Source: Synechococcus sp. (GTDB lineage: Bacteria; Cyanobacteriota; Cyanobacteriia; PCC-6307; Cyanobiaceae). Taken from it: a DNA stretch of 64,000 nucleotides. Positions 21,201 to 32,290 of the stretch are shown piece after piece. Each line of letters starts with the position of its first letter. The stretch's first letter is position 1. A program made the position numbers and the translations under genes. The notes below the pieces were generated by a model. It was not told the DNA's origin, searched no databases, and worked only from the letters and a program-made list of their open reading frames with translations. The stretch lies in assembly GCA_047285535.1 (NCBI GenBank), contig JBJBDC010000001.1, forward strand, positions 576,136 through 640,135. The letters run 5' to 3'.

Positions 21201-21867
21201 CCACCGCTGCGATGTCGGAGCCGACGAGCATCGTGCCGGTGGTTTCCATCGTGACGCTGACCATCAACGGCCGCCGTTCACCGGCCACTGCAAAAGCTTG
21301 TTCAATGCCAGCCAGAGCCGCCTTGATCTGCAGGGGATCCTGACAAGTCTCGATGATGAAAAGGTCCACATCACCTGCCAGCAAGCCCCTAGCCTGCTGG
21401 GCGAAGGAATCCCTCATCTCATCGAACCCCACATGGCCGAGGGTCGGCAGCTTCGTGGTGGGGCCCATCGATCCCGCCACAAAGCGTGGTTTCTCAGGAG
21501 TGCTGTAGCGATCAGCCATTTCCCTTGCCAACCGTGCAGCCTGAACATTGAGTTCGTAGGCTTGGTCTTGCAGGTCGTATTCAGCTAGTACCAGTGAGGT
21601 GGCACCGAACGTATCGGTTTCGATTACATCGCACCCCGCCTCAAGGAACTGCCGATGGACGTCCTGCACAGCATCGGGCCTTGTTACGACAAGATTCTCG
21701 TTACAGCCTTCGAGGGCGGCACCACCAAAGTCATCAGGACCGAGATCCATCTGTTGCAGTGAAGTGCCCGTGGCACCGTCGAACACCAAAACCGGGCGTA
21801 TCGGATCATGCAGACGCTTTAAAAAGCGGGATGTGAGCAAATTTGTTGTTTCACTATCTGCCTGCAT
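18247..21867 (-). CDS. metH: cobalamin-dependent methionine synthase
   Basis: [19 protein letters not shown] (Zn ligands), [11 protein letters not shown] pterin domain, DVHDIGKN B12 motif, [10 protein letters not shown] activation domain. Confidence 0.99.
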   Translation of the reverse strand: MQADSETTNLLTSRFLKRLHDPIRPVLVFDGATGTSLQQMDLGPDDFGGAALEGCNENLVVTRPDAVQDVHRQFLEAGCDVIETDTFGATSLVLAEYDLQDQAYELNVQAARLAREMADRYSTPEKPRFVAGSMGPTTKLPTLGHVGFDEMRDSFAQQARGLLAGDVDLFIIETCQDPLQIKAALAGIEQAFAVAGERRPLMVSVTMETTGTMLVGSDIAAVVSILEPFPIDVLGLNCATGPEQMKEHVKYLSAHAPFVVSCIPNAGLPENIGGVAHYRLTPVEMKMAMHHFIEDLGVQVIGGCCGTTPAHIAALSELSQEMRPADRSVRTPLLNKERPLLGAEASVSSIYGTTPYHQDNSFLIIGERLNASGSKKVRELLNAEDWDGLVAVARGQVKENAHVLDVNVDYVGRDGEKDMHDLVSRLVTNVNLPLMLDSTEWQKMEAGLKVAGGKCLLNSTNYEDGDERFFKVLELARTYGAGVVIGTIDEDGMARTAERKFAIAQRAYRDAVEFGIPAHEIFYDPLALPISTGIEEDRRNGCETVEAIRRITTELPGVHVVLGVSNISFGLSPAARITLNSVFLHDCCQAGMDAAIVSPAKILPLMKISEEHQQVCRDLINDRRRFDGDVCTYDPLTELTTLFEGVTTKDARASGPSLADLPVEERLKQHIIDGERIGLEPALDEGLSQYKPLEIVNTFLLDGMKVVGELFGSGQMQLPFVLQSAETMKSAVAYLEPHMEKSEGESSAKAKFLIATVKGDVHDIGKNLVDIILTNNGYEVVNLGIKQSVEAIIEAQQSHQADCIAMSGLLVKSTAFMKDNLQAFNEAGISVPVILGGAALTPRFVQKDCREVYDGQVIYGRDAFADLRFMDALVEAKKGGEWDDNKGFLGAIPEGLGLNGDANNRETEAADSSAKEEEAKPKAPISRERSEAVPEEPALEPPFWGTSVLSEEEINLEEVFAYLDRNALFAGQWQMRKSKDQSREEYEQQLKEKAEPVLQEWLQRSRSEQLLTPRVAYGYFPCGRDGNAVVVFKPDDPSVELGRFELPRQRSGNRYCIGDFYRDLSPEGGPTDVLPMQAVTMGEKASAFARELFQADRYSDYLYFHGLGVQMAEALAEWTHARIRRELGFSGDEPVALRDVLAQRYRGSRYSFGYPACPNVADSRPQLDWLGAERIGLSMDDSDQLEPEQSTTALVALHSQARYFSA

Positions 21868-21926
21868 CGATTGGCCGCTTCTCTCAAGGGATTCTATTTA
21901 TCGCACTCTGATCCAAAGCCTTATCT

Positions 21927-22844
21927 CTAAGCCTTGAGTTCGATCCTGGTAATCCAATGGCTGAATTCAGCGTCTCTCCCCTCCGTAATCGACACCAGAC
22001 GCTCTCTTAAAGCATTCATCACCGGTCGGTGTGTCGGTAGAACGGTGGATTCAAGTTGACGAATCGGAGTGATTTTCGCCGCAGTGCCAGTGAGGAACAC
22101 TTCATCAGCGATGAATAGCTCGGTTTTATCGACAGGTCGCTCTATTACATTTAGGCCTATGTGTTTAGCCAATTCAATGACACTTGAACGGGTGATTCCT
22201 TCAAGAATGTCTTGATCAACTCCAGGAGTGATCAGATCACCGTCGCGCACTAAGAAAAGGTTCATCCCGCTGGCCTCGCTGACTTTTCCCCGAGTATTCA
22301 TGAGGAGAGCTTCGTCAAAACCGCTTGTCACGGCTTCTGTTTTAGCCAAGGAGCTTGTGATGTAGGCACCACTGATTTTTCCACGAAGAGGCAAAGAGCG
22401 ATCCTCTTGCCTGGTCCAACTACTGATCCGACAGCTCACTCCATCTGGAGAGAGGTAATCGCCTAGCTCTAATCCGTAAATAAGAAAATCAGTTTCAATG
22501 TTGTGAAGACGGGGCGCGATGCCTAAATCACTTGTGTAAACAAAAGGTCTTAGGTAAATGGGAGTACTGGGCTGGTTTGCCCTGAGCATGGTGACAAGTG
22601 CCGTCATCACTGTCTCTTCCGTGAGATCAGAGAGCAGGAGCTTTGCACTTTGCGACAGCCTTTTTGCATGCCGTTCAGGGCGAAAGAGCAACATGCCGTC
22701 TGGTTTATCGGGATCCGGAATGGCTCGCATGCCACCGAAGGCTCCTGTTCCGTAGTGCAGAGCATGCGTGGCAATCGACACTTTGGCCTGGTCAAACGGC
22801 ATGCAGCGGCCTTCAAACCAGGCATAGGGAAGGAACTGGTGCAT
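21927..22844 (-). CDS. ilvE: branched-chain amino acid aminotransferase
   Basis: HALHYGTGAFGGMR, GKISGAY, EASGMNLF, ILEGITR, DEVFLTGTAA. Confidence 0.96.
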   Translation of the reverse strand: MHQFLPYAWFEGRCMPFDQAKVSIATHALHYGTGAFGGMRAIPDPDKPDGMLLFRPERHAKRLSQSAKLLLSDLTEETVMTALVTMLRANQPSTPIYLRPFVYTSDLGIAPRLHNIETDFLIYGLELGDYLSPDGVSCRISSWTRQEDRSLPLRGKISGAYITSSLAKTEAVTSGFDEALLMNTRGKVSEASGMNLFLVRDGDLITPGVDQDILEGITRSSVIELAKHIGLNVIERPVDKTELFIADEVFLTGTAAKITPIRQLESTVLPTHRPVMNALRERLVSITEGRDAEFSHWITRIELKA

Positions 22845-22920
22845 CGCTAACCGGTCAATAACAAAATTTTCTCACTCGCCTCGTTCTGCTGGCGTGATGC
22901 CATTGGTCAAGAATGGAGGA

Positions 22921-25900
22921 ATGCATCGACTGAGCAGTCTTCCAGGCGCAGAAAGCAACGAGGTTTTCACCGTTGTCGAGCAATCCCCTGCACCTGTTCT
23001 TTTCCTGACAAGCGCGACCACAGATATCAGCACCCTTGCAGCCTGTGTCAGGCAATCACACATGGGGTACTGGAGGGAGAAATTACGAGCTTTGCCTCTC
23101 TCTTGTCTTCAACATCCAGCTCAAATTGACCACTATTTAGCCACGACGGGAAGCACTGCTTGTGTCCTTGTTGTTCGTCTGCTGGGAGGACGTGGTCACT
23201 GGAGTTATGGACTTGAACAATGTCGAGTTTGGCAAGCTTCTGCTCAGAGGCGCAGCTTGCTGATTCTGGCTGGAACAGCAGATCAAAACCAAGAACTCCA
23301 TCCAATTGGCTCGATTTCATCCACCCTTTCCCATCAGTTGGCCCTGTTGTTGCGAGAAGGAGGTGTCATCAATATGACCAGGTTTTTATGCGCCATACAT
23401 CCCTTCATTACCAGCGGCCAAGAGCCTGAACCCCGAACCGAATCCCTGTCTCTTGAACCCGAACGCATGGCAGATCCAGCCCGGTTCGATTGGAAAAGTG
23501 AATCAGGCCCAAGGGTCGGTGTCCTGCTTTACCGCGCCCATGTCCGTTCAGCTGATACCGAATGGTGCCAAGAGCTTTTGAAGGCTTTGAGACACCGTGG
23601 ATTAGTACCTCGAGCCCTTTGGGTCAGCAGTGTCAGAGATCCCGTTATTCAAGAGGCTGTACTGCGTGAGTTTCAAGCTCAAAAGGTTCAAGTAGTGGTC
23701 AGCACCACGGCCTTTGCCTCTGTGCAGTTTCAAGAAGCCGGGTTCGGTGCTCCCCTTTGGGACGATCTTGATTGTCCTGTGTTGCAGCTCCTCACGTCCG
23801 GACGCTCAAAGCAGTCCTGGGAAGCGACCTCTCAGGGGCTGGATCCTATTGATCTCTCTCTTCAAGTTGTGCTTCCAGAGTTGGATGGACGGATCACCAC
23901 GAGAATTGGTGCATTCCGGGAAGTGCTGGAAACTGAGTCCAGTTTGTCTACGGCGATCAAAGGTTTGGTTCCCAACCTTGCGGGACTGGATTGGTTAGCA
24001 GACCATGCCCGTTGCTGGGTTGATCTACGTCAAACAAGAGCAACACAAAAGTCTGTGGCACTGGTGGTGGCGAATTACCCCGTGCGTAATGGTCGTTTGG
24101 CAAACGGCGTCGGACTCGATACGCCAGCAAGCACTCTGAACATCCTGAATTGGCTTGCTGAAGCCGGGGTGGATCTTGGTTCTGACCCTCTTCCTAATGG
24201 GTCCCAGGCGCTCATGGCCCAGCTTCTCTCCAGTCGTACTAACGATCCAGAGAGCTCGCACCTTCAGCCTCTGGCCTACATCTCGCTCAACCGCTATTTG
24301 CGCTGGTGGCGAAGGCTCACCTCTGAAGCTCGAGCCGTGATTGAACAGCGCTGGGGGTCGCCGGAACAGGCGGTAGACCTGGAGGAGAAAGGCTTTGCAG
24401 TGCATGGCCTGAGGTTTGGCCATGTGGCAGTTCTGATCCAGCCCAGTCGTGGCTATGACCCCGATCAAATCAGCGATCTTCATTCTCCTGATCTACCTCC
24501 TCCCCATCGCTATTTGGCTCAATATCTCTGGTTGCAGGAGGTGCATCGAACCCAGTTGCTTGTTCATGTCGGGAAACATGGCAGCGCTGAATGGTTACCA
24601 GGCAAGTCTGTTGGTTTGAGTGAAGCGTGTGGCCCAGGGCTTGCCCTCGCTCCGATCCCTCACATTTATCCATTCATCGTGAATGATCCAGGCGAGGGAT
24701 CTCAGGCCAAACGTCGGGGTCATGCGGTGATCCTTGATCACCTCACACCTCCGCTGGGAAAGGCTGGACTCCATGGTTCACTCCTTGCTTTGGAAGCCCT
24801 GCTTGACGAATACGTGGAGGCAAGGCAAGTCGCAGCCTCCCGTTGCGATGTCCTTGAACAGCAACTCAGATTGTTGCTGAAAGGCCTTGATTGGCCCTCA
24901 TTGCCGGAGCAATCGAGCAATCAACTCAACCCAGGTCAACAAGCTGATGACGCCTGGGGCCTTTGTCTTGATCAAGTTGAGACCTACCTTTGCGAGTTGA
25001 AAGAGGCTCAAATCAGAACAGGCTTGCATTGTTTAGGAACACAGCCAGAGCCATCGATTCAAAGAGAACTTCTTTTGGCCATTGCTCGATCACCATCTGC
25101 TCGCTGTCAAGGCCTCACGCAAACGATGGCCAAAGTCATTGGTCTGGAATGCGATCCATGGTCAGATGAAGATGGGGCACTTCTGAGCAGTCACGATTCC
25201 AGGATCCTTCAACAACTTGGATGCGAGCAAAACAGGCGAGTGTCTGCCGCAGTGAGTTGGCTGGATGATCAAGCTCTTCTTTTACTGGAACACCTTTCTG
25301 GAGATACCTCGGCACCCCTGTCACCCGCTTTCCATGAATGGCTTCAAGACAACAGTGATCCTTGTTTAGAGCGCCTCCAAACTGAATTAATACCAAAATT
25401 GTTGGCTTGTGGCTCCAGTGAAAAACAAGCTTTCTTAGCGGCATTGGATGGTCGTCGTATCGCGAGTGGACCTTCCGGTGCACCAACGCGTGCTCGTCCG
25501 GATGTATTGCCGACTGGACGTAATTTTTATTCCGTTGATCTGAGGGGTCTTCCAACCGAAGCGGCCTGGGATCTTGGCCGTCGTAGTGCTGAACAGTTGC
25601 TGGATCTGTATCGGCTCGAAGAAGGCGAACCTTTGCTGCATCTTGCTCTCTCTGTTTGGGGCACAGCAACCATGCGCAATGGGGGAGAAGATATTGCTCA
25701 GATGCTTGCGCTGCTTGGGGTTCGCCCTCTCTGGGATGGTCCGACGAGGCGAATGGTTGACCTTGAAGTCATTCCTTTGAGTGTCTTGGCTCGTCCCAGG
25801 GTGGATGTCACGTTGAGGATGTCAGGACTGTTTCGAGACGCCTTCCCTCAGCTCGTGGCTTGGGTGGATCGCGCATTACAGATGGTCTCCAATCTTGATG

Positions 25901-26685
25901 AACCCGACGTTGACAATCCGCTTGCCGCCATCACACGCCGTGACGGTCCTCAATCCAGGATTTTCGGGTCTGCACCGGGTGCTTATGGAGCCGGATTGCA
26001 AGCGTTGATCGATTCAGGCCAATGGGAGAGCCAAGCTGAACTGGGAGAGGCTTTTTTGGCATGGAGTTCTTGGAGCTATGACGGACACGTGAATGCCCAT
26101 GCCAATCGTTCTGGTTTAGAAAAGGCGTTCCGTCATGTGCAGGTCGTACTCCATAACCAGGACAATCGTGAACATGACGTACTCGATTCAGACGACTACT
26201 ACCAATTTCATGGGGGAATGACTGCTGCTGTGCGTCGTTCCGGTGGATCAGGCGTTAAACCCCTGATTGCTGATCATTCTCGTCACGAGCGACTTCGAAT
26301 TCATTCACTCAGCCGCGAAATTGACAAAGTGGTGAGAAGCCGTCTTCTGAATCCTCGCTGGATCGAAGGCATGCAAAAGCACGGATACAAGGGTGCTTTT
26401 GAAATGGGTGCAAGCCTCGATTATTTATTTGCCTACGACGCTTCCACCGATGCCGTTCCTGATTGGTGTTACGGGGCCATCTGTGACCAATGGCTGCTTG
26501 AACCCGAGATTCAAGCCTTTTTAAGCCGAGCGAATCCCTGGGTGCTTAGGGACATGGCGGAACGCTTGTTAGAGGCGGCTAATCGAGATCTATGGACCAA
26601 ACCATCCCCTGATCAGCTGGTGAAACTGAGGGGATTGGTGCTTCATGCAGAAGAAGCGGTCGAGAAAGGAGGCCTTAGCTGTTGA
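22921..26685 (+). CDS. cobN: cobaltochelatase subunit CobN
   Basis: PELDGRI, NGVGLDTP, HVGKHGSAEWLPGK, VNDPGEG, LPTGRNFY, RSRLLNPRW. Confidence 0.96.
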   Translation: MHRLSSLPGAESNEVFTVVEQSPAPVLFLTSATTDISTLAACVRQSHMGYWREKLRALPLSCLQHPAQIDHYLATTGSTACVLVVRLLGGRGHWSYGLEQCRVWQASAQRRSLLILAGTADQNQELHPIGSISSTLSHQLALLLREGGVINMTRFLCAIHPFITSGQEPEPRTESLSLEPERMADPARFDWKSESGPRVGVLLYRAHVRSADTEWCQELLKALRHRGLVPRALWVSSVRDPVIQEAVLREFQAQKVQVVVSTTAFASVQFQEAGFGAPLWDDLDCPVLQLLTSGRSKQSWEATSQGLDPIDLSLQVVLPELDGRITTRIGAFREVLETESSLSTAIKGLVPNLAGLDWLADHARCWVDLRQTRATQKSVALVVANYPVRNGRLANGVGLDTPASTLNILNWLAEAGVDLGSDPLPNGSQALMAQLLSSRTNDPESSHLQPLAYISLNRYLRWWRRLTSEARAVIEQRWGSPEQAVDLEEKGFAVHGLRFGHVAVLIQPSRGYDPDQISDLHSPDLPPPHRYLAQYLWLQEVHRTQLLVHVGKHGSAEWLPGKSVGLSEACGPGLALAPIPHIYPFIVNDPGEGSQAKRRGHAVILDHLTPPLGKAGLHGSLLALEALLDEYVEARQVAASRCDVLEQQLRLLLKGLDWPSLPEQSSNQLNPGQQADDAWGLCLDQVETYLCELKEAQIRTGLHCLGTQPEPSIQRELLLAIARSPSARCQGLTQTMAKVIGLECDPWSDEDGALLSSHDSRILQQLGCEQNRRVSAAVSWLDDQALLLLEHLSGDTSAPLSPAFHEWLQDNSDPCLERLQTELIPKLLACGSSEKQAFLAALDGRRIASGPSGAPTRARPDVLPTGRNFYSVDLRGLPTEAAWDLGRRSAEQLLDLYRLEEGEPLLHLALSVWGTATMRNGGEDIAQMLALLGVRPLWDGPTRRMVDLEVIPLSVLARPRVDVTLRMSGLFRDAFPQLVAWVDRALQMVSNLDEPDVDNPLAAITRRDGPQSRIFGSAPGAYGAGLQALIDSGQWESQAELGEAFLAWSSWSYDGHVNAHANRSGLEKAFRHVQVVLHNQDNREHDVLDSDDYYQFHGGMTAAVRRSGGSGVKPLIADHSRHERLRIHSLSREIDKVVRSRLLNPRWIEGMQKHGYKGAFEMGASLDYLFAYDASTDAVPDWCYGAICDQWLLEPEIQAFLSRANPWVLRDMAERLLEAANRDLWTKPSPDQLVKLRGLVLHAEEAVEKGGLSC

Positions 26686-27250
26686 GCTCCTTGACCATGG
26701 CTTTGAAGGGATCAATCGATCCAGGCTTTGATGATGGAACTCGAGGGGATGAAGAGGCCGATGGTTTGATTTCAGGTTCGGGTTTCAAAGCTTCTTTGCG
26801 CGCCGCAGGGGCCGCATTCGGAGCCATCGGTGTATTCACCCCAGCTTGGCTCAACGCATTGCCCTTGAGTCTCTGATTCAACTGATCCTTTGACATCGCC
26901 TCGGCGAACGTCTTTTTCACAGGGGTGGGAATGCCACTTGAAACAACTGAGGGGATTGAAGGCTCTTGGTTGGGTTTTTCAGCTCCTAACCCCTTGGAAC
27001 GAGAACCAACTTTGAGATCCGTTGCATCAACTTCGGTCACCAGCTCTTTATTGCCGGGATTGTCGGCTGAGCCTGGAAAGGTGCGTCGGATTGTTTTGGA
27101 CTCTCGCATGTAGTCCACATTTCCGTAGGAAGAGGATGAGTCCGAGTCAAGGTAAAAGGCTTCAGATTTTGGCTTGGCACTTTTTTTGGCCTCTCCCTGT
27201 TGACCGTCACCCTTGCCACGCATTTTCTGCAGTCGATCAAAGAGGCCCAT
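26675..27250 (-). CDS. hypothetical protein, largely low-complexity
   Basis: 191-aa ORF with EAFYLDSDSSSSYGNVDYMRESKTIRRTFP and C-terminal IDPFKAMVKEL. Confidence 0.75.
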   Translation of the reverse strand: MGLFDRLQKMRGKGDGQQGEAKKSAKPKSEAFYLDSDSSSSYGNVDYMRESKTIRRTFPGSADNPGNKELVTEVDATDLKVGSRSKGLGAEKPNQEPSIPSVVSSGIPTPVKKTFAEAMSKDQLNQRLKGNALSQAGVNTPMAPNAAPAARKEALKPEPEIKPSASSSPRVPSSKPGSIDPFKAMVKELNS

Positions 27251-27277
27251 GTCTCAGATCCAAATCCTGTGACGAAC

Positions 27278-27934
27278 TTAGCGGCCTTTTAGGTCGATAC
27301 CGTGGGTATCGGTGCCACAGGTACGCAAAAGGCCAAGGTTCTTTAACTGTTTGTCGATCGCTTCACAGATCACCGGAGTTGATGACCAACGTTCTTGCAT
27401 GTCGTAGTCATACCAAGCTTCACCCCCGTCGAAACCCAGTTCAGCTGCAGCATCTATCAAGTCTTTATAACCCAACCTGTAGCGAGCGGGATGGGCCAAG
27501 ATTGCAAGCCCTCCTGCGTTGTGAATGGCTTTGCAAACCTCACCGGCACGAAGAGGTGCTCCCACAGCAGCATCACCTGTGGTGTAGGGCAAAAGGGAAC
27601 GATGTCCTGGAATGAATCCAAGGGCCAAGACGTGGACCAGGCATCCGCGCAGGATTGCGCTGATTTCAATTCCACTCCAAAGCGTTGGCGTGACGTCGCC
27701 TTGATCCTTAGCTCTGTTCAGCCATTCAACCATCGGAAGGTAGGCCGCAGTGGAATGGTGGTCGGTCACCGCAATGTGACTCAGCCGCTGAGCACTGGCC
27801 TGCTCAATCAGAGCCACGGGCTCAAGACACCCGTCACTGCAAAGCGTATGGCAATGGAAATTCAGTGTGCCTGGACAACTTTCGGGACCGATGCTCTCGA
27901 GGACAGCACGCAGAGGCTGCTGCTCATGCGTCAT
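27278..27934 (-). CDS. PHP domain metal-dependent phosphoesterase
   Basis: FHCHTLCSDG, AVTDHH, GIEIS, VHVLALG, LAHPARY, GTDTHG; start at 27934 overlaps the hemJ end. Confidence 0.92.
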   Translation of the reverse strand: MTHEQQPLRAVLESIGPESCPGTLNFHCHTLCSDGCLEPVALIEQASAQRLSHIAVTDHHSTAAYLPMVEWLNRAKDQGDVTPTLWSGIEISAILRGCLVHVLALGFIPGHRSLLPYTTGDAAVGAPLRAGEVCKAIHNAGGLAILAHPARYRLGYKDLIDAAAELGFDGGEAWYDYDMQERWSSTPVICEAIDKQLKNLGLLRTCGTDTHGIDLKGR

Positions 27935-28517
27935 GGACCGACTCCTGAGCCAGTGATAAGGCTCGAAGGCGTCGCCAACGCGCATAGAGTTGGATGGTTG
28001 CAGCCATGAAAACCACCAGCCCAACGATCAACCACGTCGCTGCACCTGTTGGAAACTGGTTTTTAAACACCACCAACATCACTACAACGACAAGCAATAG
28101 CGTCGGTAGTTCATTGAGCGCCCTGAGTTGACGACCAGTCCAATGGCAGATTCCGGCCTCAAGTTGCCCCATGAGGCGATAACAAAGAAAGTGATAGGCC
28201 AATAACAGAGCCACAAATCCCAGCTTTGCGTGCATCCATCCTTGCTGTAACCAGGATGGTTGGGTGATCAATAAACCAACGGCCATAGCAACCGTGAGGA
28301 TTAATCCCGGTGTCGTGATGATGTTGGCGAGCCTGCGTTCCATCACGGCGTACTGGGCTTTAAAGGCTTCGCGGACAGGCGACGGCTCATCTTCCGCTTC
28401 CACGTGATAGATGAACAGCCTGACGAGATAAAACAGACCGGCAAACCAAACCACAACCCCAATGATGTGAAGGGTCTTGAACCACAGGTAAGCCTCGGGA
28501 GGAAGCGTCAGTGTCAT
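27924..28517 (-). CDS. hemJ: protoporphyrinogen oxidase HemJ
   Basis: YLWFKTLHIIGVVVWFAGLFYLVRLFIYH, MERRL, WMHAKL, RALNELPT. Confidence 0.95.
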   Translation of the reverse strand: MTLTLPPEAYLWFKTLHIIGVVVWFAGLFYLVRLFIYHVEAEDEPSPVREAFKAQYAVMERRLANIITTPGLILTVAMAVGLLITQPSWLQQGWMHAKLGFVALLLAYHFLCYRLMGQLEAGICHWTGRQLRALNELPTLLLVVVVMLVVFKNQFPTGAATWLIVGLVVFMAATIQLYARWRRLRALSLAQESVHDA

Positions 28518-28552
28518 GAACCCATCCATCGCACCTTGACAATAGAAAACCC

Positions 28553-29959
28553 TCAGCTGAGGGAGTCAAGAAACTGTTGTGCCTTGGTGTAATGCGTTTC
28601 CAGGACCTCAGGGACCATGCGATCGAGATGACGAGCCATCAATGCCAGCCTTGGCTGAGATCTAAAGAAGTCTTGATGACGATGAATAAAGCTCCAAAAC
28701 AATCCATCCCAGATGCCACACCATTCTCCGCTTTTGTAGTTTGACATTTTTCGCACGTAATTAGACCCAGAAAGGTAAGGCTTGCTGCTAAATAGGCCAC
28801 CATCTGCAAACTGACTCATTCCATAAATGTTTGGTACCATGACCCAGTCATATGCATCCACAAAAAGTTCCATGAACCAAGTATAAACTCGTGTGGGATG
28901 AAATCCGCAAAGCAGCATCATATTACCCAGTATCATCAGACGTTCAATATGATGACAATAGCCTGTATCGTGTGCCCTTTTAATTGCATCGTCAACTGGG
29001 GGTATTCCCGTCTTGCCTTTATAAAAAGCTTCTGGAATGGGTCTGTCTTCATGTAGCCAGAAATTGCCATTGCGCATCTTGATTCCGTGATGCAAATACA
29101 TCGCAGCGATGAACTCACGCCAGCCAATGATTTGACGAAGAAAACCCTCAAGAGAGTTGAGAGGGATGGAACTGCCATCCGCTGCTTCTAGCGTTCTTTT
29201 CAAAACTTGTTTTGGATTGAGCAAGCCAACATTCAGCATCGGCGATAAAACGCTATGCCACATCACGCGGTGATCTGTACTGATTGCATCTTCATAGGTG
29301 CCAAAGCCAGAAAGTCGCTCTTCAAGAAATCGATCCAACCATTGTTGGGCTTCGCGATGATCAGTGGGTAATTCAACAGGGGGCTCATCTGGAACTGAGA
29401 TTCCTTTGGGTAGACGCTTGCGGTTATCAGCATCAAAACTCCAGCGACCTCCAACTGGAGCCCCTTCATGATTGACCAACACGCCGAGTCGCTTTCGTTG
29501 CATTTGATAAAAACTGGCCATCATGGGTTTACGTCGCCCTTGAAAATGCTTTTCAAACACTTCAATTGGTGTGAGCAACATTGGTGTAGGGAGAATGGTT
29601 AAATTGCATTTGTGGTGCTTAATTGTTTTTCGTATTCTCTTGAGCAAAAGATCATCGATGGGATCAGCAAGATAGAATTGTTGATATCCAGTTGCGATAA
29701 GACGTTCCAGAAGATTGGTGGTTTTTTCACCTTGCTTTGGTACCACCTTGATGACGTTGTATCCATCGTCTTCAAGGCGTTTTTGATACGCCTTCATGGA
29801 TTGAAGATGGAACCGCTGTTTACGTGGATGAATCGAAAGAGGCCACAAAGGATCTCCTCCCAGGATCAAACCGTCAGCGCATAGTGCAATGGTTCGTTCG
29901 GCACGAACACCTGGATGATGTTCGAAGAGCTGATGCGGAAACACAAGGGTGATTTCCAT
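28553..29959 (-). CDS. cryptochrome/photolyase family protein, prokaryotic (6-4) photolyase (PhrB/CryB-like)
   Basis: LVFPHQL, GGRWSFDADNR, FGTYEDA, EGFLRQIIGWRE, HHIERLM, DAYDWVMVPN, GMSQFADGG, KPY. Confidence 0.9.
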   Translation of the reverse strand: MEITLVFPHQLFEHHPGVRAERTIALCADGLILGGDPLWPLSIHPRKQRFHLQSMKAYQKRLEDDGYNVIKVVPKQGEKTTNLLERLIATGYQQFYLADPIDDLLLKRIRKTIKHHKCNLTILPTPMLLTPIEVFEKHFQGRRKPMMASFYQMQRKRLGVLVNHEGAPVGGRWSFDADNRKRLPKGISVPDEPPVELPTDHREAQQWLDRFLEERLSGFGTYEDAISTDHRVMWHSVLSPMLNVGLLNPKQVLKRTLEAADGSSIPLNSLEGFLRQIIGWREFIAAMYLHHGIKMRNGNFWLHEDRPIPEAFYKGKTGIPPVDDAIKRAHDTGYCHHIERLMILGNMMLLCGFHPTRVYTWFMELFVDAYDWVMVPNIYGMSQFADGGLFSSKPYLSGSNYVRKMSNYKSGEWCGIWDGLFWSFIHRHQDFFRSQPRLALMARHLDRMVPEVLETHYTKAQQFLDSLS

Positions 29960-29965
29960 GAAAAC

Positions 29966-30283
29966 TTATGAGGCTTGTCCAGCAAGTCTGCAAGCACGCT
30001 GCCCGAGAGTTGTTGATGGAATGCGATCAACAAGGCCATCTCTTGGACTGATTTGTTGGTTACGACAGTCCATCACCACACGCTCTCGATGACCTTGTTG
30101 ATCCTCAAGTCGCATTTGCAGTTGCCAGTGATTCTTTGCACTTCGGGTAATCTCATCGGCGCAAACAACACCTGTGCAAAGACCAGGCGCAGCATGCGCG
30201 AAACCAGGACTGAACACCTCCATGACGATCAATATCAGAAGGTTGAGGATCAGGGTGATGGATTGGGAGATCCTTCGCTTCAT
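29966..30283 (-). CDS. secreted hypothetical protein
   Basis: Signal peptide ending [18 protein letters not shown]-terminal RAC; overlaps the uvrC stop. Confidence 0.7.
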   Translation of the reverse strand: MKRRISQSITLILNLLILIVMEVFSPGFAHAAPGLCTGVVCADEITRSAKNHWQLQMRLEDQQGHRERVVMDCRNQQISPRDGLVDRIPSTTLGQRACRLAGQAS

Positions 30284-32235
30284 ACGCTTTCCTCTTCTGC
30301 CATGACGACCTCATCGTCTTCAGCATCTTGTGGGTGAAAATAGGCACGAATCTGCTTTGCGAGCGAGCGTCCCACCCCTGGTGCTTGATTCAGCTGGTCC
30401 ACGCTGGCCAGCTGAATCGCATCAATGGATTGAAAGTGTGCAAGAAGATCTCGAACCCTTTTAGGACCTAGCCCTGGGATGTCAGACAACCGTGAGCGAG
30501 TCATCCGTTGCCCTCGCTGCTGTCGGTGAAAACTCACAGCAAAACGATGTGCTTCGTCACGCAAACGACGCAACAAGGCAACACCTAGTTGATCGGGCTC
30601 GCTTTCTATTGGATGCCTCGCTTCTGGCAGGAAAATCTCTTCTCGTTGTTTTGCTAATGAGCAAACAACAAGATCCTCATGAAGATCTAACTCGCGTAAC
30701 GCTTCCATGACGGCTGAAAGCTGACCTTTGCCACCATCAATCATCACGACATCGGGCCAGTCATGAAGCCCATCTAGATGCAAGCTACTCGTGGACTGAC
30801 GTCTGATCGTCAGCAAATCAGCTCCCTCGGCTTTCACACGAGCCCACTTTCGAAAACGCCTGCGCATGATTTCAGCCATGGCCATGAAATCATCGCTGTG
30901 ACCAGCCTGAATGCTTCTACTTTGTATTTTGTAGTGTCGGTAATGTTGCTTTGCGGGAAGCCCATCGATGAAAACGACTTGCGACGCAACGGCATCACTG
31001 CCTTGGATATGGCTGATGTCATATCCCTCGATTCGCCTTGGTGCTGTTGTTAATTCAAGCAGTTGAGCGAGGTCTTCATTGGCCAATGCCTGTTGCTCTT
31101 TGCTTTGGCGAGCTCGTCCCAGTTCAAATTCAGCATTCCGCATTACAAGGTCGATCAGGTCAGCTTTTTGTCGCCTTTGTGGATATAAAACATTAACTTT
31201 GCGTTGCCTTTGTTCGCTTAACCACTCTGTGATCAAGGTTTGTTGCGGGAGTTGATATTGCACTAGTATTTCCGGTGGAATTTCAACAGATTCCACTTGG
31301 CTGTAGTGTTCTTCCATCACACGCTGCAAGATCAGGCCAGGTTTGAGATCTTCTGCATCCGCTGCAAAGCCAAGTCTTCCTACAAGCTTGCCTGCACGCA
31401 TCTGGAACAATTGAATTGCGGCGAACCTTTCATCTTGAGCGACAGCAAGAACATCTCGACTCACTGATGAGTCCGGAAGACTCATCTTCTGATCAGCGGT
31501 TAGTTGATCAATTCCTATCAGTTGATCGCGAATCCCTGCCGCTGACTCAAAATCAAGGCGCTCCGCATAGCGTTCCATTTGTTGATTCAAGAGTTGCTTA
31601 AGCTCCTCACTACGCCCTTGAAAAACCATCGCAACTTTGCGTAATATTCGGTGATAATCTTCAGGACTGATTTTCTGCTGACAAACCCCTGGGCAACGTC
31701 CTATTGAATAATTTAGGCAAGTTCGGTTTGGATAGAGAGGCCTAGGGCGTTGCCTAAGCGGAAAGACTCTTTTGACCAGAAATAGGGTCTTTCTTAATAA
31801 TCCAACATCAACATACGGCCCATAGAATCGATCCAGCTTACTCCGAAATCTTCGCCGCCGAGTTATAAATATTCGAGGATAGTCCTCACTCCAGGTAATA
31901 CAAAGATAGGGATATTTTTTATCGTCCTTTAGGAGCACATTAAAATGTGGCTGCTGGTTTTTGATGAGGTTGGATTCAAGAGCAAGTGCCTCTGCCTCGC
32001 TGTCTGTCACTATGAACTCAATCTCACAGATTTGACGCACCATCAACCGGATGCGTGGGCTCAGATCATGATTGTTGCGAAAATAACTACGAACTCGGCT
32101 ACGCAATGTTTTTGATTTGCCGACATAAAGCAATCGATCTTCAGCATCGCGCATGAGATAACACCCTGGTTCAGCAGGGATTTCCTTCAAGCGCCGCTCA
32201 AGGCGCTGCGGTTGCTCAAGCAAAGGACGCTGCAT
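30280..32235 (-). CDS. uvrC: excinuclease ABC subunit C
   Basis: [28 protein letters not shown] domain, [26 protein letters not shown]-terminal HhH. Confidence 0.98.
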   Translation of the reverse strand: MQRPLLEQPQRLERRLKEIPAEPGCYLMRDAEDRLLYVGKSKTLRSRVRSYFRNNHDLSPRIRLMVRQICEIEFIVTDSEAEALALESNLIKNQQPHFNVLLKDDKKYPYLCITWSEDYPRIFITRRRRFRSKLDRFYGPYVDVGLLRKTLFLVKRVFPLRQRPRPLYPNRTCLNYSIGRCPGVCQQKISPEDYHRILRKVAMVFQGRSEELKQLLNQQMERYAERLDFESAAGIRDQLIGIDQLTADQKMSLPDSSVSRDVLAVAQDERFAAIQLFQMRAGKLVGRLGFAADAEDLKPGLILQRVMEEHYSQVESVEIPPEILVQYQLPQQTLITEWLSEQRQRKVNVLYPQRRQKADLIDLVMRNAEFELGRARQSKEQQALANEDLAQLLELTTAPRRIEGYDISHIQGSDAVASQVVFIDGLPAKQHYRHYKIQSRSIQAGHSDDFMAMAEIMRRRFRKWARVKAEGADLLTIRRQSTSSLHLDGLHDWPDVVMIDGGKGQLSAVMEALRELDLHEDLVVCSLAKQREEIFLPEARHPIESEPDQLGVALLRRLRDEAHRFAVSFHRQQRGQRMTRSRLSDIPGLGPKRVRDLLAHFQSIDAIQLASVDQLNQAPGVGRSLAKQIRAYFHPQDAEDDEVVMAEEESV

Positions 32236-32290
32236 TAGCTGAATCTAAAGACCTTGCTCTGCATAGGATCCAATGAGTACTGCATGGCTG

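Noticed and set aside
20797..21588. 263-aa antisense ORF and other long ORFs opposite metH
   Set aside because: Shadow ORFs expected from high GC3 codon usage; no recognisable motifs
21868..22920. Cobalamin riboswitch near metH or cobN
   Set aside because: Both intergenic gaps are under 80 nt, too short, and show no B12-box
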